Origin: Vicugna vicugna
Taxonomy: Eukaryota
Reading direction: 5' to 3'
Length of the DNA: 64,000 nucleotides
NCBI GenBank assembly: GCA_013265495.1
Contig: MU058636.1
Span: forward strand, 5,553,741 to 5,617,740
Shown here: piece after piece, positions 36,751 through 48,905 of the stretch
Layout: each line of letters starts with the position of its first letter
Numbering within the stretch: position 1 is the first letter of the stretch
Program-made: the position numbers and the translations under genes
The notes under the pieces: generated by a model
Told to the model about the DNA's origin: nothing
Seen by the model: only the letters and a program-made list of their open reading frames with translations
Database searches by the model: none

Positions 36751-38422
36751 AATTTCATATTTGTTGGTTTGGCAATTTCCCTGACTTCCTGCTATTTGGG
36801 GCTCTTTGATAGATATTTGGGAAGCATTGCCCTGGAGAAGACTTTGAATGCCAGCTGCAAGGGGTAGGAATGGTGAATAAAGACCACTCTCCTTCCCCCA
36901 TCTGTATTTAAGTGGGCAGCTTGTAAGGGTTATCACTAAATAGTCAGAATAAACTGTTACAACTGAAATATGGAGGAGAGAATGTGGACTAGATTTATAC
37001 AGCTCTTAGGTTTTATGTGGCACTTGCATTTCATGATAGAGATTCATACAAATTAATATAAAATAAAACCAAGCTTCCTCTTGGCACACTGTGATGTATT
37101 CCTTTTGCCTCATGTGGGCATACTGCCACAGAAGGGTAATTGCTTCTCTTTACGTAGCCATAGGAAATCACAATTTTAAAACGTATTAAAATTATTTTAA
37201 ATTTCACCAGTCACATATTTACTGAAAAGCTCTGGTTTCATCGAAGAAATCTTGAGAGAGAATCTAACTTAGGTAAGTTTCTTAAAGGAGAGATAATTTT
37301 ATCTTCTTTATCTTCCTCTCACTAATACCTTGCACAGTGCCAGGGACATAGTAGATGTTCAACATTATGAATTAAAATGAAGTTATAATTTCCAGTGGGA
37401 TTGGTGCTGGGCACTGAGAATTTCTCGATCTTGGACATTTGTCACTACAATGAAATTCCAGTGAAATGGAAGGATGTGTACATTCCACAGCATATGCCTT
37501 TGTTGATAATCATTGGATTTGGCTGCACTTTTGACTCCGTGCATACTCTGTATCTCTAACACTTGTGAAATTCTTCCTGTGACAGGGCCTTCGTATTCTT
37601 GATAATAGGCCTAACAAAACTGTAACACGGTGAAGCCGAGGAGGCAGAAAGTAACTACAGTGCTTGCAGGAAGGAGGAGTACTTATGGCCACAAAGCTTC
37701 TTTCGACACTGTGTTTAAAGGAGCTGTCCCTGTTGACCTGGTGAAATTACGGTGAATGAAAAAATGTAAGCAATTTCTGCAGATGTGACCTTATTTTCCT
37801 TAGGGTTTCAAATCATTTTCTAAATAGAAGAGAATTTTTTTACAATCTGGAAGCAAAATGTACATTGTATGAGGACAGTCTATCGGTGCAAGATTCAGAA
37901 ACTCTTGATAATGAACAACACTGGAATTTGGCCTTGGTCTTCTATTTACAAATTTGAAGAAATAAAAAATATGTACCATGAGAAACTGAATTTAAGGACA
38001 GATTAGTCAACCACAGTTAGATGGGTTAGTTTTTAAAGTATGTATCTATTTATGAACATTTATATTCACTTTTTTCACTTTTCAAAAATGAATTAATTTT
38101 TCATTCCATTAGAGAAGCCATACCATAATAAGTATCATTTATTTCTATTTTGACTTTTTATCTAATGAAAATCGTAGTATGATAGGCATAAACTCAGACA
38201 ATTTACTCCACTGTTACGATAGGAAATGTTTCTTCCAACACTAGGCTGAAATCTTTTGGTCTCGGTGGACACTTTAAACCCCTTAAAAAAGAGTATGGTT
38301 ATTTAGTGACACCCTCTTTTAATCTAGTAGTGAAGGTGGCAGCAACGACTGGTCTGTACACCACCTCATCCTGCCTTGGCTTTTCTGCTCAAGATCACTA
38401 TTACTTTGGGATCCCCACTTAC

Positions 38423-38704
38423 CCTCTCCAGTGACAGACCAGAGGAAAATGTGGATCAGTCCAATTTAACATAGGAAAGAACCATTAGGAATCATCTTGC
38501 AAGGGCAAGCAGTGAGGCTGGGTCACGGTCCATCCTTCGTCTATGTCATGTTACACCTTACATCTCTATATACTGAGTACACTCTTCTATCTGACCTCCA
38601 TATCACATCTTCGGTAAAACATACAGACGGAAACTCTTGGACATTCCAATCAAGAAGCAATGATGAGAAGCCAAAATAGAAATGAGGGGAGCTGACTTCA
38701 CATT
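38423..38704 (-). other. Candidate 282-nt exon of an unannotated minus-strand transcript/pseudogene
   Basis: Acceptor ccttactgatgtttgtag (moderate), donor AGG|gtaagt; length divisible by 3. Confidence 0.35.
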
Positions 38705-40456
38705 CTACAAACATCAGTAAGGAATGATTATTCAAAATTTAAATTGTGAAAACAATTTAATTTGAAAGATGAGCTTAAAGAAAAGAAAGAGGGCAGATGC
38801 AATAGAAAAACTCAAACTTATGGACCATTTTACATTTGCCTGGAAATTTGAATTAGGCTTCAAAAATTCTTCTCTGATCTACATGTGCAGAAAAATTGTT
38901 CTCAGACATCCTTCACCAATATTTCCTACTCCCAGAGTGCTTTCCATAAATATTTATATGAAAATTGATTTGACTCTTTTCTAGTTTCTGCTGGCCTGCT
39001 TGCCTATTTTTTTTTTTCTGTCAAGATGAAACACTAGCTGGCAGAGTGCATGAGCAGCTAAAAATTGAGTCTCTGGTAGACTGAACTTCCACTGCATGAT
39101 ACCTGAATACTTGTAGATAAGCTTCACATCCAATCAGGCACTTTTACACCATATTAGAGCCACCAAAGCTGGACTTCCTCATTAGAGATTTGTTAGAAAA
39201 GTACTTGTCAATTCTGGCCAGGAGTTAACCACAGTTGTTTCTTATTTTCTCCCTTGACTGTAGCTTTTATATGATGGAAAATATCCTTTAATTATAACAA
39301 GTTGGATATACTTATAATAAAAAGAAAATAAATCTATCACATTCTAGTTATCAAATATCCAGGGGAAATATTTTCTCTAAAACCTTCCCATACTGCTTAT
39401 TTCTGGAGTGAAGCACATTCTTTGCTGATGTAAATGCAAGAGCAATTCCTTGAGCTCAGGCTGGAATTTTAACAAGAGAGTTGAAGCACAGAGGGTTCTA
39501 CTTAAGGCATAATTTACGACTGGGACATAAGATTTTAAAAGAGAGCTTTGTTTATTTCCCACTTAGGTGTCAGGTAGTTAAACGTTATCTGTTGTTAAAA
39601 TCTCAAATATAAAAGTGGATATGGACAAAATTGTGCATATTTGATGCTACAAGCATTTCATAGAATGGCAGGATCAAATTCTGTTTGGTGATTTTGGTAC
39701 AGCTGGTGGGCCCAGCACACCCACAAGGACATTTTCATGACACAGTTCCAGCCAGCTGTTTTGCCTGGCGACCCAGTGTAAACATTTCCTTTCAAATCTC
39801 ACCAGGAGATAGAACAACAGTAGATGACTATATCCCAGAGACCCCCTGCTAATACTAATTTGAACTGAACCTGAGATCTTGAGTTTTTGAATAAGGAACT
39901 AAAAAGGTTCTCCAGCAGATTAAATTAAAGAAAAAGAGGTCTTCCAAAATGAAAACAATGATGGTTGCCAATAAAGATAAGGAGAGCACTACAGTATTAT
40001 TTTTTAGTGGCCCTGTCTGATAAGATTATTTCAAAACAAGCTTTAAAGATATTAACTCAGAAGGAAGTTTTAATTTTTTCATTGAATTTTCCAGAAACAC
40101 ATTATCTTCAGTGTATGAAGGTTGTACATAACGAATCACACAAAGTTTTTGAAGTGGTTTCCTTCCATGTATAAACATTTAAATGACCACATGAAGTAAG
40201 GACAAATGAGAAGATTCAGAATGATGTGTTCACAATAACCACTCAATAAAGAACTGTTCGAATAAAACAATAGCTGCTAAACAGTTGGTAAGAAGTGGTG
40301 GTTCAAGCAGTTGTTAGCTGTTACTTTATGTAGTTATTGAAATAAGAAATTCAACAAATTAAGATATAAAACATTTTGATTTACGCAGAACATTTCCAAA
40401 TACAGAAACCATATAAATAAAGATTGCTACCTTTTCTCATTGTCGAGAGGACTTAC

Positions 40457-40725
40457 CTTCTAAGCAGTTGTATTGGTGTGGGTACAAGCTTTCATTTAGT
40501 TACTACTCTATTGTATATATTTCAAGTATATTTTTCAAACAGCATATATTTCAAGACAAAGTCTGGTTATGCAAAGGAATTTCTTTTTAAAATTTCATTA
40601 CATTTTTTGAGCTATGCTTCATATATAACAGTATATTAGTCTCAGGTGTGTATAACACAATGATTCAGTATTTGCATAGATTATAAAATGATCACCACAG
40701 CAGGTCTAGTTATGCAAAGGAATTT
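40457..40725 (-). other. Candidate exon (126 nt before the L1 insertion)
   Basis: Acceptor ttctcattttgtacagttgttttcatacag, donor AAG|gtaagt. Confidence 0.4.
40585..40703 (-). mobile_element. Severely 5'-truncated LINE-1 3' end with long TSD
   Basis: Reverse-complement similarity to the L1 3' segment at ~355-455; flanked by gtctggttatgcaaaggaatttct (40561-40584) / gtctagttatgcaaaggaatttct (40704-40727). Confidence 0.85.
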
Positions 40726-40971
40726 CTGTATGAAAACAACTGTACAAAATGAGAATTAATTAAACCCACAATAAGGCTGCATGAGGACCAGGGAAAAACT
40801 AAGTGAACTGATGCAGTCTTTAAGAAGTAGGATATACTCTGATTTAACATCATACTGTGACTAACACTTATTCAGCAAGACTCATGGCATGCTTGAAATC
40901 CACAGTGACTAGGCAAGGCTCTTCAAACAAGTTTTATAAATAGTAAAACAGACTTCATCAAAGAGACTTAC

Positions 40972-41005
40972 CTGCTCTCTCCTTGCTTCGTTTGTCAGAG
41001 AGCAC
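40972..41005 (-). other. Candidate 34-nt exon (reads VLSDKRSKERA in phase 0)
   Basis: Acceptor tttttttaatacag, perfect consensus donor CAG|gtaagt. Confidence 0.45.
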
Positions 41006-41379
41006 CTGTATTAAAAAAATCACAGTTCTCTTAATGTCTCAAAATTACATTGCTTTCACCAAAAATATCAGTGAGTTTGAAAAAAATCAGATTGTAAAAC
41101 TAGAATTGAATGGCCTCCAGAAAAGAATGTAAAATGCCAACTAAGGTATTAGGATTGAATGATTTTAGTGCACAAAACTCATTTGGAATAATAAAAGCCA
41201 TTAAAATACTCACTGACAAGGAAGACACATGAATTTCATTTTTCTTTGACTTATGTAAAGATTTACACTATACTATGTGTCCCTTTAGCAACTAGAAGAC
41301 TGAAGTCCAATTTTTGTCGTTTATTCCACTACCCTCATGTCACCATCAACCTCCCCAAGTGCCGAAACCAGTCCCTACC

Positions 41380-42540
41380 TCACTTTCTCTCTCAGTAACA
41401 TCACAGCAGCCAAGGCAGCTGAGCACTCCTCCCAGCTGAAACTTTATCCTCCTAGGCTTCTGTTCTCCCACACGGTCCCTGCCATCTCTTCTATCTCTCT
41501 AGCCGTTCCTTCCCATTTTCTCAGTGGATTCCCTTTCGCCTGTGCCCTACTCACATGATTTCATTTACTTTTGTTTTATTTTGTTTTTCAGACATGGTGC
41601 AGGACTGGCTTCTCTTTTCACTTTGCACTTCTTCCAGGGTGATCTCATCTACTTTCCATCTGTATTCTGATAACCTCCAGATTTGTATCTCCAGCCCACG
41701 TCTCTTTCCTTGAGCTCCAGGCCAATAGAGGGAACTGTTTATTGGACATCTGTGTTTGGACATTTCACAGACACCTCAAACACCATGTGTCTGAGCTCAA
41801 CATTATCCACCCTCTCACACACACGCACATCCAGCCCTAAATTTATCCTTTTACTGTGTTCCCATCTTGGTGAAAGGCATCACCATTTTTATGGACTGAA
41901 TGTGTGTTTCCCTCCCCAAATTCATGTGTTGAAGCTTAATCCTCAATGTGATAGTATTTGGAGGTGGGGCCTTTGGGAGGTAATTTGGTTTGGATGAGGT
42001 CATGGGGGTGTGTCCTCCATGATGGGATTGGTGCCCTTATAAGAGGATGAACAGCTCAGAGTTCTCTCTCTGCCATGTGAGGACTCAATGAGAAAGTGGT
42101 CATTTGCAAACCAGGAAATGGGTTTCCATCAGGCACCAGATCTGCCAGTGCCTTGATCTCACACTTCTAGCCTCTAGAGCTGTGAGAAATAAGTATTTGT
42201 TGTTTAAGCCACCCAGTCTATGGTGTTTTTGTCATAGCAGCTCCACCTGATGAAAACAATTTTCCACTTTGGTTGCTCAAATCAGAAACCCAAGGATCAT
42301 TCTTGACGCTTTCTTGTCCTTCCAGTTATATTCTGTTGATACTGTCTCCCAAATCTTGCTTGAGTACATCTGCTCTTTTTCATTTCTACTTCTACCTCCT
42401 GGGCAACATTCAGGTCACGCTTAGATAACTGCAATAGCTTTCTAACTTCTAGACTGATTCTAGTCCTATTTCCTCCAATCTATTCATACCCAGTGTGATC
42501 TTTCTAAAATATAATTTCATCCTGTCGCTCTTTTAGAGGT
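41380..42540 (+). mobile_element. L2 LINE split by an MLT1A LTR
   Basis: gataacctccagatttgtatctccagccc...gacacctcaaac; resumes ggttgctcaaatcagaaaccc...tcattcttgac after 42258. Confidence 0.75.
41887..42258 (+). mobile_element. MLT1A0-like MaLR solo LTR, full length
   Basis: tatggactgaatgtgtgt...gtatttggaggtggggcctttgggaggtaat...tgttgtttaagccacccagtctatggt...tagcagc...aca. Confidence 0.9.
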
Positions 42541-43264
42541 TAAGATCATACGTTTAGCAATCAGAAAGGCAGGGTCTAACTGCATGACCTTCAGAAAGCT
42601 ACCAAATCTCCATGAACTTCATTTTCTCATTAGACAAATGGGGTTTCCTTGAGGAGTAGGTACAATTAATTCACATGATGTGCTGAGCAGCAAGTGTGGC
42701 AAAAGAAGAGACATACAGTAAATATCTGTTGATTATTTTGAAGGAAATTCTCAAGAACAGAGGCTTCCGTTTCACTAACTTTTTCCAAGCATCAGCTAAA
42801 TAATACTCTTTGAGAGTCAGGGATGAAAGAGAAAAACTGCTGTTGCAATTAAAGCTTTGCCCTTGATTCCACAGTTCTTCCTGCCCCGTTTTTTCATTCT
42901 CTCTTTCTCTCACCCTGACTTATGTCTCTGCACATACACTAGGTGAAATTAAATCCACAAAAGAACTGATGACTGACAATGAGAAGAGTCACTTTTTCCA
43001 AGGATATTCACATTTGAAAGAGCACCATCTGACAACAAACACCAAGTCTTGAACCTCTAATAGTAAAACTTGAGACACAGAGGAGGAGAAAGTTCTCTCC
43101 ACATTTCTCAAGTAATACCAAGTAGGTGACTACTTCCTGTTCTAAAGAGAACTCAACCAACTAGAGTAGTGTATCATATTTAAAGGGTTCTGACTTGATT
43201 TGGAAGCAAATTTATTTAATGATTTGGAAGAGTAAGTAGCATAAAATTAGAAAGTCCAAGCAAG

Positions 43265-43668
43265 TCTCCAATAAAGACATACAAATGGCTAATAAGCACA
43301 TTAAAATATGCTCAATATCACTAATTATTAAAATGCAAATCAAAACTACAGTGATGTATCACCTCACACCAGTCAGAATGACCATCATTAAAAAGTTGAC
43401 AAATGATAAATGCTGGAGAAGGTGTGGAAAAGAGGGAACCCTCCTACACGGTTGACGGCAATGTAGTTTGGTGCAGCCATTATGGAAAACAGTATGGAGG
43501 TTCCTCAAAAGACTGAAAATAGGCTTACCATATGAGCAGCAATCCCACTCCCGGACATATATCCAGAGGGGAACTTAATTCAAAAAGATACATGCACCCC
43601 AATGTTTATAGCAGCTTTATATACAATAGCCAAGAAATGGAAACAACCTAAATGTCCACTGACGGATA
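43265..43668 (+). mobile_element. Younger LINE-1 ORF2 C-terminal fragment, no 3' UTR or poly(A)
   Basis: aatgcaaatcaaaactaca...cacctcacaccagtcagaatg...atggaaaacagtatggaggttcctc...aacaacctaaatgtcca; same type as 26135-26818. Confidence 0.92.
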
Positions 43669-46600
43669 GCATGAGATTATAGCCAGCTCCAGAAACATAC
43701 ATAAGGAAGGATGCACTGTGGAGAAGAATGAGGGATAATGCCATTCACTGATGTCAAGGCAGTTAGATTAAAACTTCTCCAGACAATGAACAGGTTATAT
43801 CTCTGGATATTTTACTATTTATTGAATGTTTAGTCAACACACAGAAACACACATTTCTAGCACTATACTGGGTGTTTGACCCTTTCTCTCTGTTGTATAT
43901 ATGTTTGAGGGCACATAATTATTCAAACTAGAGATTCAGGAACTCTAGAACAGTTAGAATTATCTCATGGATAAATCATAGTAAATTCCTTTGAAGTATG
44001 TTTAAGAGTCACTTGCCTCATTTGGTGAGATCTCCCAGGGGTGTTAAGTTTTTAATACTTAGAGCCATAGTAATTATAAATCCATGTTCACATAGACAGT
44101 CTATGAAAACAACATTTTAGGAATTTCTTCTATGAACATGGATTTAATACACAATCGGTTTTGTAACAAATTTACCCTGATATGTACCCCTGGCCACATT
44201 GACAAATATGCAGATTAAATGAACAGGACAACACTAGATAACCATAAAAACATCCCGATAACTTTTTATTGGGAGGCTATAGCCCTTGGGGCTTGTGATG
44301 ATCAATCAAGTCAATAAATACATTAACTACTATTGTCCACGTGAAACCAAAAAACTGTTCCAACACCTGCTGTTCCTCAAACACAAAGGGCCCATTTGTT
44401 CTTACTGCCCTTGTAGTAAACCTTTAACACCAAAAGCAGCAGATAAAGGCCCTAAGTAAATAAACTCTTGGGAAAATATGTAAGCCATTTTACTATTTGC
44501 TCCTTACTTTGAGCAGAATACACCTACTGGTTTCAAACTCAGTAAATTATATTCAGCAGTGACCCTGATTTAAACATTATAGAATAATGTCTAAGTAGCA
44601 ATCAGCAAATAAGGTTAATCACCAGATTACCATTGGAAAGCTGTTTTCTTTGGACAAACATAAGGGATGTGAGTATTACACACTGATTTTGGCCCAAATA
44701 ATTTAAGATTGACTGTAACGTAGGTGAATTTATATCTCAAAAAAAACTGTTCCTAATTTCCCTCATGTTAGCTACATAAAAGATCATGCAAAACTATATG
44801 TAAAAATGAGAGAGAAAAGCAAATATTTAAAAACATTATGATCTGCAATTCCTGAGTCATTTTCGAGGAGCCCTGCTAAGAGTATCAGTTCATGAAGAAA
44901 TAAGATGAAAAATTAACATTTCTTAATTGCCATATTAAATTCTCATTACTGACTTTAAATTCAAATTCAAAATATTCCAAGCAGGGCCCTGCAGAGAAGT
45001 TTCCAAAACTTTTGATTTCTGCAAAAATCTTATACAGTGGTTCCTACCTAATTGTCAAAGCTATCTCTTCCATGACTCAGGCTGAGAAAAAGGCTGTAGT
45101 ATCTCTTAGTGGAGATGCAGGGAGAAGCAAAAGATAACAGATTTCCTCACAAATTTAACTATCTTATGAAAGCCAACGAAAAAGCTGCTAAAAAGGCTAG
45201 AGAGAATGCATAACATAATTTTAAATCTACTCTTTATTTTATTTGATCTTCCCTGATTTCCTTTAGATCTCAGATATAGAAGGTTGTTTTCAGTTGTTTT
45301 CAATAAATCTTAAATATAAGAGTCAAATAAAAATCTACTTTTGTGGACTGAAAAATACTTTGATTCAGCCCATGATGTATAAATCTCTATACTTCTAAAT
45401 TTACATTTTCATATATGTATGTTAGTATTCATATATTTAAATAGAAGTAGTAAGTAATGCATAATTTCAGACATTTCACCTAAACGCAAAAAATAAAAAA
45501 AGGTCTTATGAGTCTAAAATGATGTTATTTAATAAGCCATGGCATTTTAATAAGTATTCTTGACATCTGGTGCTAATAAAAATGATTTTATATTTTATAG
45601 TTAACATTTAAAGAAAAAACATAACTGTAGTTTTGCTATTTATCACAGACCACAGATGGCATAGGCCACATTTGGGTGGCTTCATTTCCTTCTTGAATAG
45701 TTTATATAAAGAGGCCACTTGTTTTCTCTCTTTCTGTGTATGTTTTACATAAGATTTGGACCAAGTCCCAGAAATGAATAAATGAAAGAAGAAAGGAATG
45801 CATCAAATGAAAATGAAGTTTCTTAATAACAAAACTGATTATAGAATTTTCCTGGATCAAGTTTAGTTAATAAAATTCATTCTAAAACAATGATCCAAGG
45901 AATTTGCATCTGGATAAATATTTGAAATAAGTTTTCCAGAACTGTGAAAAGCCATAAGAACCTAAAAATTTCCATCTTTTGAAAAACTACATTTTCTCTA
46001 GGCCAGTTTGACTAATCCTTTGATTCAGGACAGATTTTGCAAGGAGCCTGTATGGGAGCAGCTGCTGAGTATAATGCTGTAGAGACAGCCAGACTGGTCT
46101 GGAGGTATCCAGATGCTCTCCTTGTCTCTGGACCATGAAGCTGGAATACAGGTCTTCTTGTCCTGCTTTCTCAGACTTCCTATGTTACTCCCTGTAGATC
46201 TTGTGCTGAGTGCCCTGCTCCAACTTGGGTATTAAACTCGGGCTGTCCCCTGACTCTGATTGACCCCAACACACCAGCTCCAGACCCTTTCCTCTAGATG
46301 TCACTGCTCATCTGGAGGCATCAATGCAACAGTATAAAACATATATCATATATATTTTCATTACATTTTGTTAGAAGAATTGAAAATCAACGGCTAACCT
46401 ATACAAGCATTTACCAGATAGTAATAACAGAAATATTACACTGAGACACTCAAAGTGACAAAGGCTCTAAACGCAAAGCCAATGTATTAATCCATGAGAA
46501 ATAGGAGTGTGAATTAATTAGCTCAAAATCAAACATGTTTTTCTTCTTATTTAGTTCAGAATTCTTTAATAACCATGCAATGTGTTTGGTTTCATGATTT

Positions 46601-47039
46601 AAATACGAATTTCATAGTCCAGTAACAGTATTACAGGCCTAGTAAACAACACCTCCAATATCTTGATCTGGCTATTTAGCTTTGCAAGAGGCCTAATCCA
46701 CCCTAAAATAACTGGTAAAAGTAAAGGACTCTAGGATTTGATAATCTAGAAAGGTAGATAAGACATATATACATAAGCCAACCAGAAAGCTATTCAATGA
46801 AGAATTTATTATGATACAGAATTAACTGATTTAGATAAGTGCAATTAACATTTGAGAATACTTTAAAGATAGTAGTGAAAGAATTTATACTATCTTTGGG
46901 TGTGCTATTGAAAATCCAGCTGAATTAGGATGAAATTGAGTTCTCTACTCTGAATGAGATCACAGGCTAGAGCAGAAGACAGTCTCATAATGAAAAAGGT
47001 GGCTCTTGGGAACAAGTACACCGATAAAGAGAGGTATAT

Positions 47040-48100
47040 ATAAAGGCAGAGAAAGGAGTAGTGGGCCTCATGAAGAGAATCAGAGAAGTGATATTTAAGA
47101 TTGCTCCTAATGAATAATCTCATTGGGAAAACAAGAGGGAGAGCGGAATTCCAGAGAGAAGAAACAACATGGACAAAGGAAATGGGCAGGGGAAAGTATG
47201 AGTCTTTGGGGAAATGCTGTAGATCAGTTATAGAAAAGGGTGTAAAATGATGGGGTTAGAAAGATAACAATGGGCTGGATAATAAAGGATCTTGTATACT
47301 ATGCTAAGGAGTTGGGAATGACTCCTACGGGTGCTAAGGACTCTAAAATTGTAGGCTTTGTAATAGTAATCAGAAGCAACGTGAGGCATCGATTGAGCGG
47401 GGAGAGTTTGGACACGAATCAGGGGCTTGTTATAGTAGCCCAGGACCTGCAGAAACATAAGTACTTGAATAGATTATATGTGAGGACGTGGTCATTATGA
47501 GTCATATTTAGGAGGAGATTGAGAGCAGGAGGAGAAAGAGGGAGGGAAGAGGTGACTTGGACAGTTTTGGCTTAGGCAACCTGGTCTGTGGAGGTGTCAC
47601 ATTGATGAAGATAAGCAACAGGGGAGGTGGCGAGAGGTTTAGAGTAAAGGTAAGAAATCCTACTTTTAGACACACTGTGTTTGAAGAGACTGTGGGACAC
47701 CCAGTCGGGGCTTTATGAAGAAGCTGGAGTACTGGAAAGTGGTCTGGACTGAATGAGTATGGAGTATTAGTGAGAATTCCAGCCCTGAAAGAGGATGAGC
47801 TTGTTAGGGGAAGGTGTGATTAGACCAAGAATAAGAGAGACAAAGACAGAAGTATTGTAATAGGCTGAAGGAAATGGCTGAGGAAAAGTAGCCAGAGAAG
47901 AAAGTGAGAGACTACATGACAAAAAAGGGGAAGATTTTCACCAGGAGTAGGTTAATAGAAAAAGACTGAAAATTGACAACTCCCAAGATACCTAAATTTG
48001 GTAATTATGAAGTCACCTTGGCCAAAGCCAGAGGATAGACATTTGACAGGGTAAATTAAGGAATACATGGGAAATAAAGTAATCTAATCTCAGAAGCTTG
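47040..48100 (-). mobile_element. L2 (L2c-like) degraded fragment
   Basis: Purine-rich reversed L2 body: tatgctaaggagttggga..., agttttggcttaggcaacctgg, ttttagacacactgtgtttgaag. Confidence 0.6.
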
Positions 48101-48657
48101 ACCTAGAAAGGTTGAAGGATGCAAAAGTGCTAGACCTAGGAGGAAGTTTGATGGAGGGCTTTTGTATATGTGAAGAGATTTCAATACCTTCCGGGTCTGA
48201 GGAGAAGGAACTCAGTGAAGATTCCAGAGCTGCAGCTACGAGGGAGCAGGGATCCTGAGGAGGCATGGACCCAGGAGCTCAGAGCCTGATGGGGAAGAAG
48301 ATAAGGAGGGTGGGTACTGATGGCTTGGCTGAGGTGGACAAAAAGGTTGACAGAGTTAGGGCAGGGAGTGGTGACAGAAAGTAGGGGGCATACACCTGGG
48401 GGCCTCCAGGTTTGGGAGCAGGGCATGAAGGCCAGGATGAGGGAGGTCTGGAGCTGAAGAGGGGTAAAGATGTTTACCAGCTGAGAAGCAACACAGTGTT
48501 TCCTTCTTGTAGTTCTCAGACTACAGTCTCTTACTCAAATATATTTATACTTTATATAAATATAAAACCATTCAGTGGTTATTCCACAAACTCATCTCTC
48601 TCCTCAAGCAAATTGTGAGTACTGGAACATTAAGACCTGCCTCTCTGTTTCTTTTAA

Positions 48658-48905
48658 GGCACTGTGGTATATCAGAAAGAGCTGGGGGGCTGGGGTAGGC
48701 ACATTGAATTTAAGTCTTGAATCCACTTCTGACTAGTTACGTGGTTTTAGGCAACTTTTCTCACCTGTCTGAGATTTAAGTTTCCTTACATGTAAAATGG
48801 AGATAGTAATATAGGCCTCATAAGAATGCAAAGATTCAATTAAAAAAATTGTGTACCATCTTTCATCCATAGCATCCATGACCAGATTAGGCTCAATGTA
48901 CTTAA
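48658..48905 (+). mobile_element. MIR SINE
   Basis: ggcactgtggtatatcagaaagagc...actagttacgtggttttaggcaa...agtttccttacatgtaaaatggagatagtaata. Confidence 0.7.
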
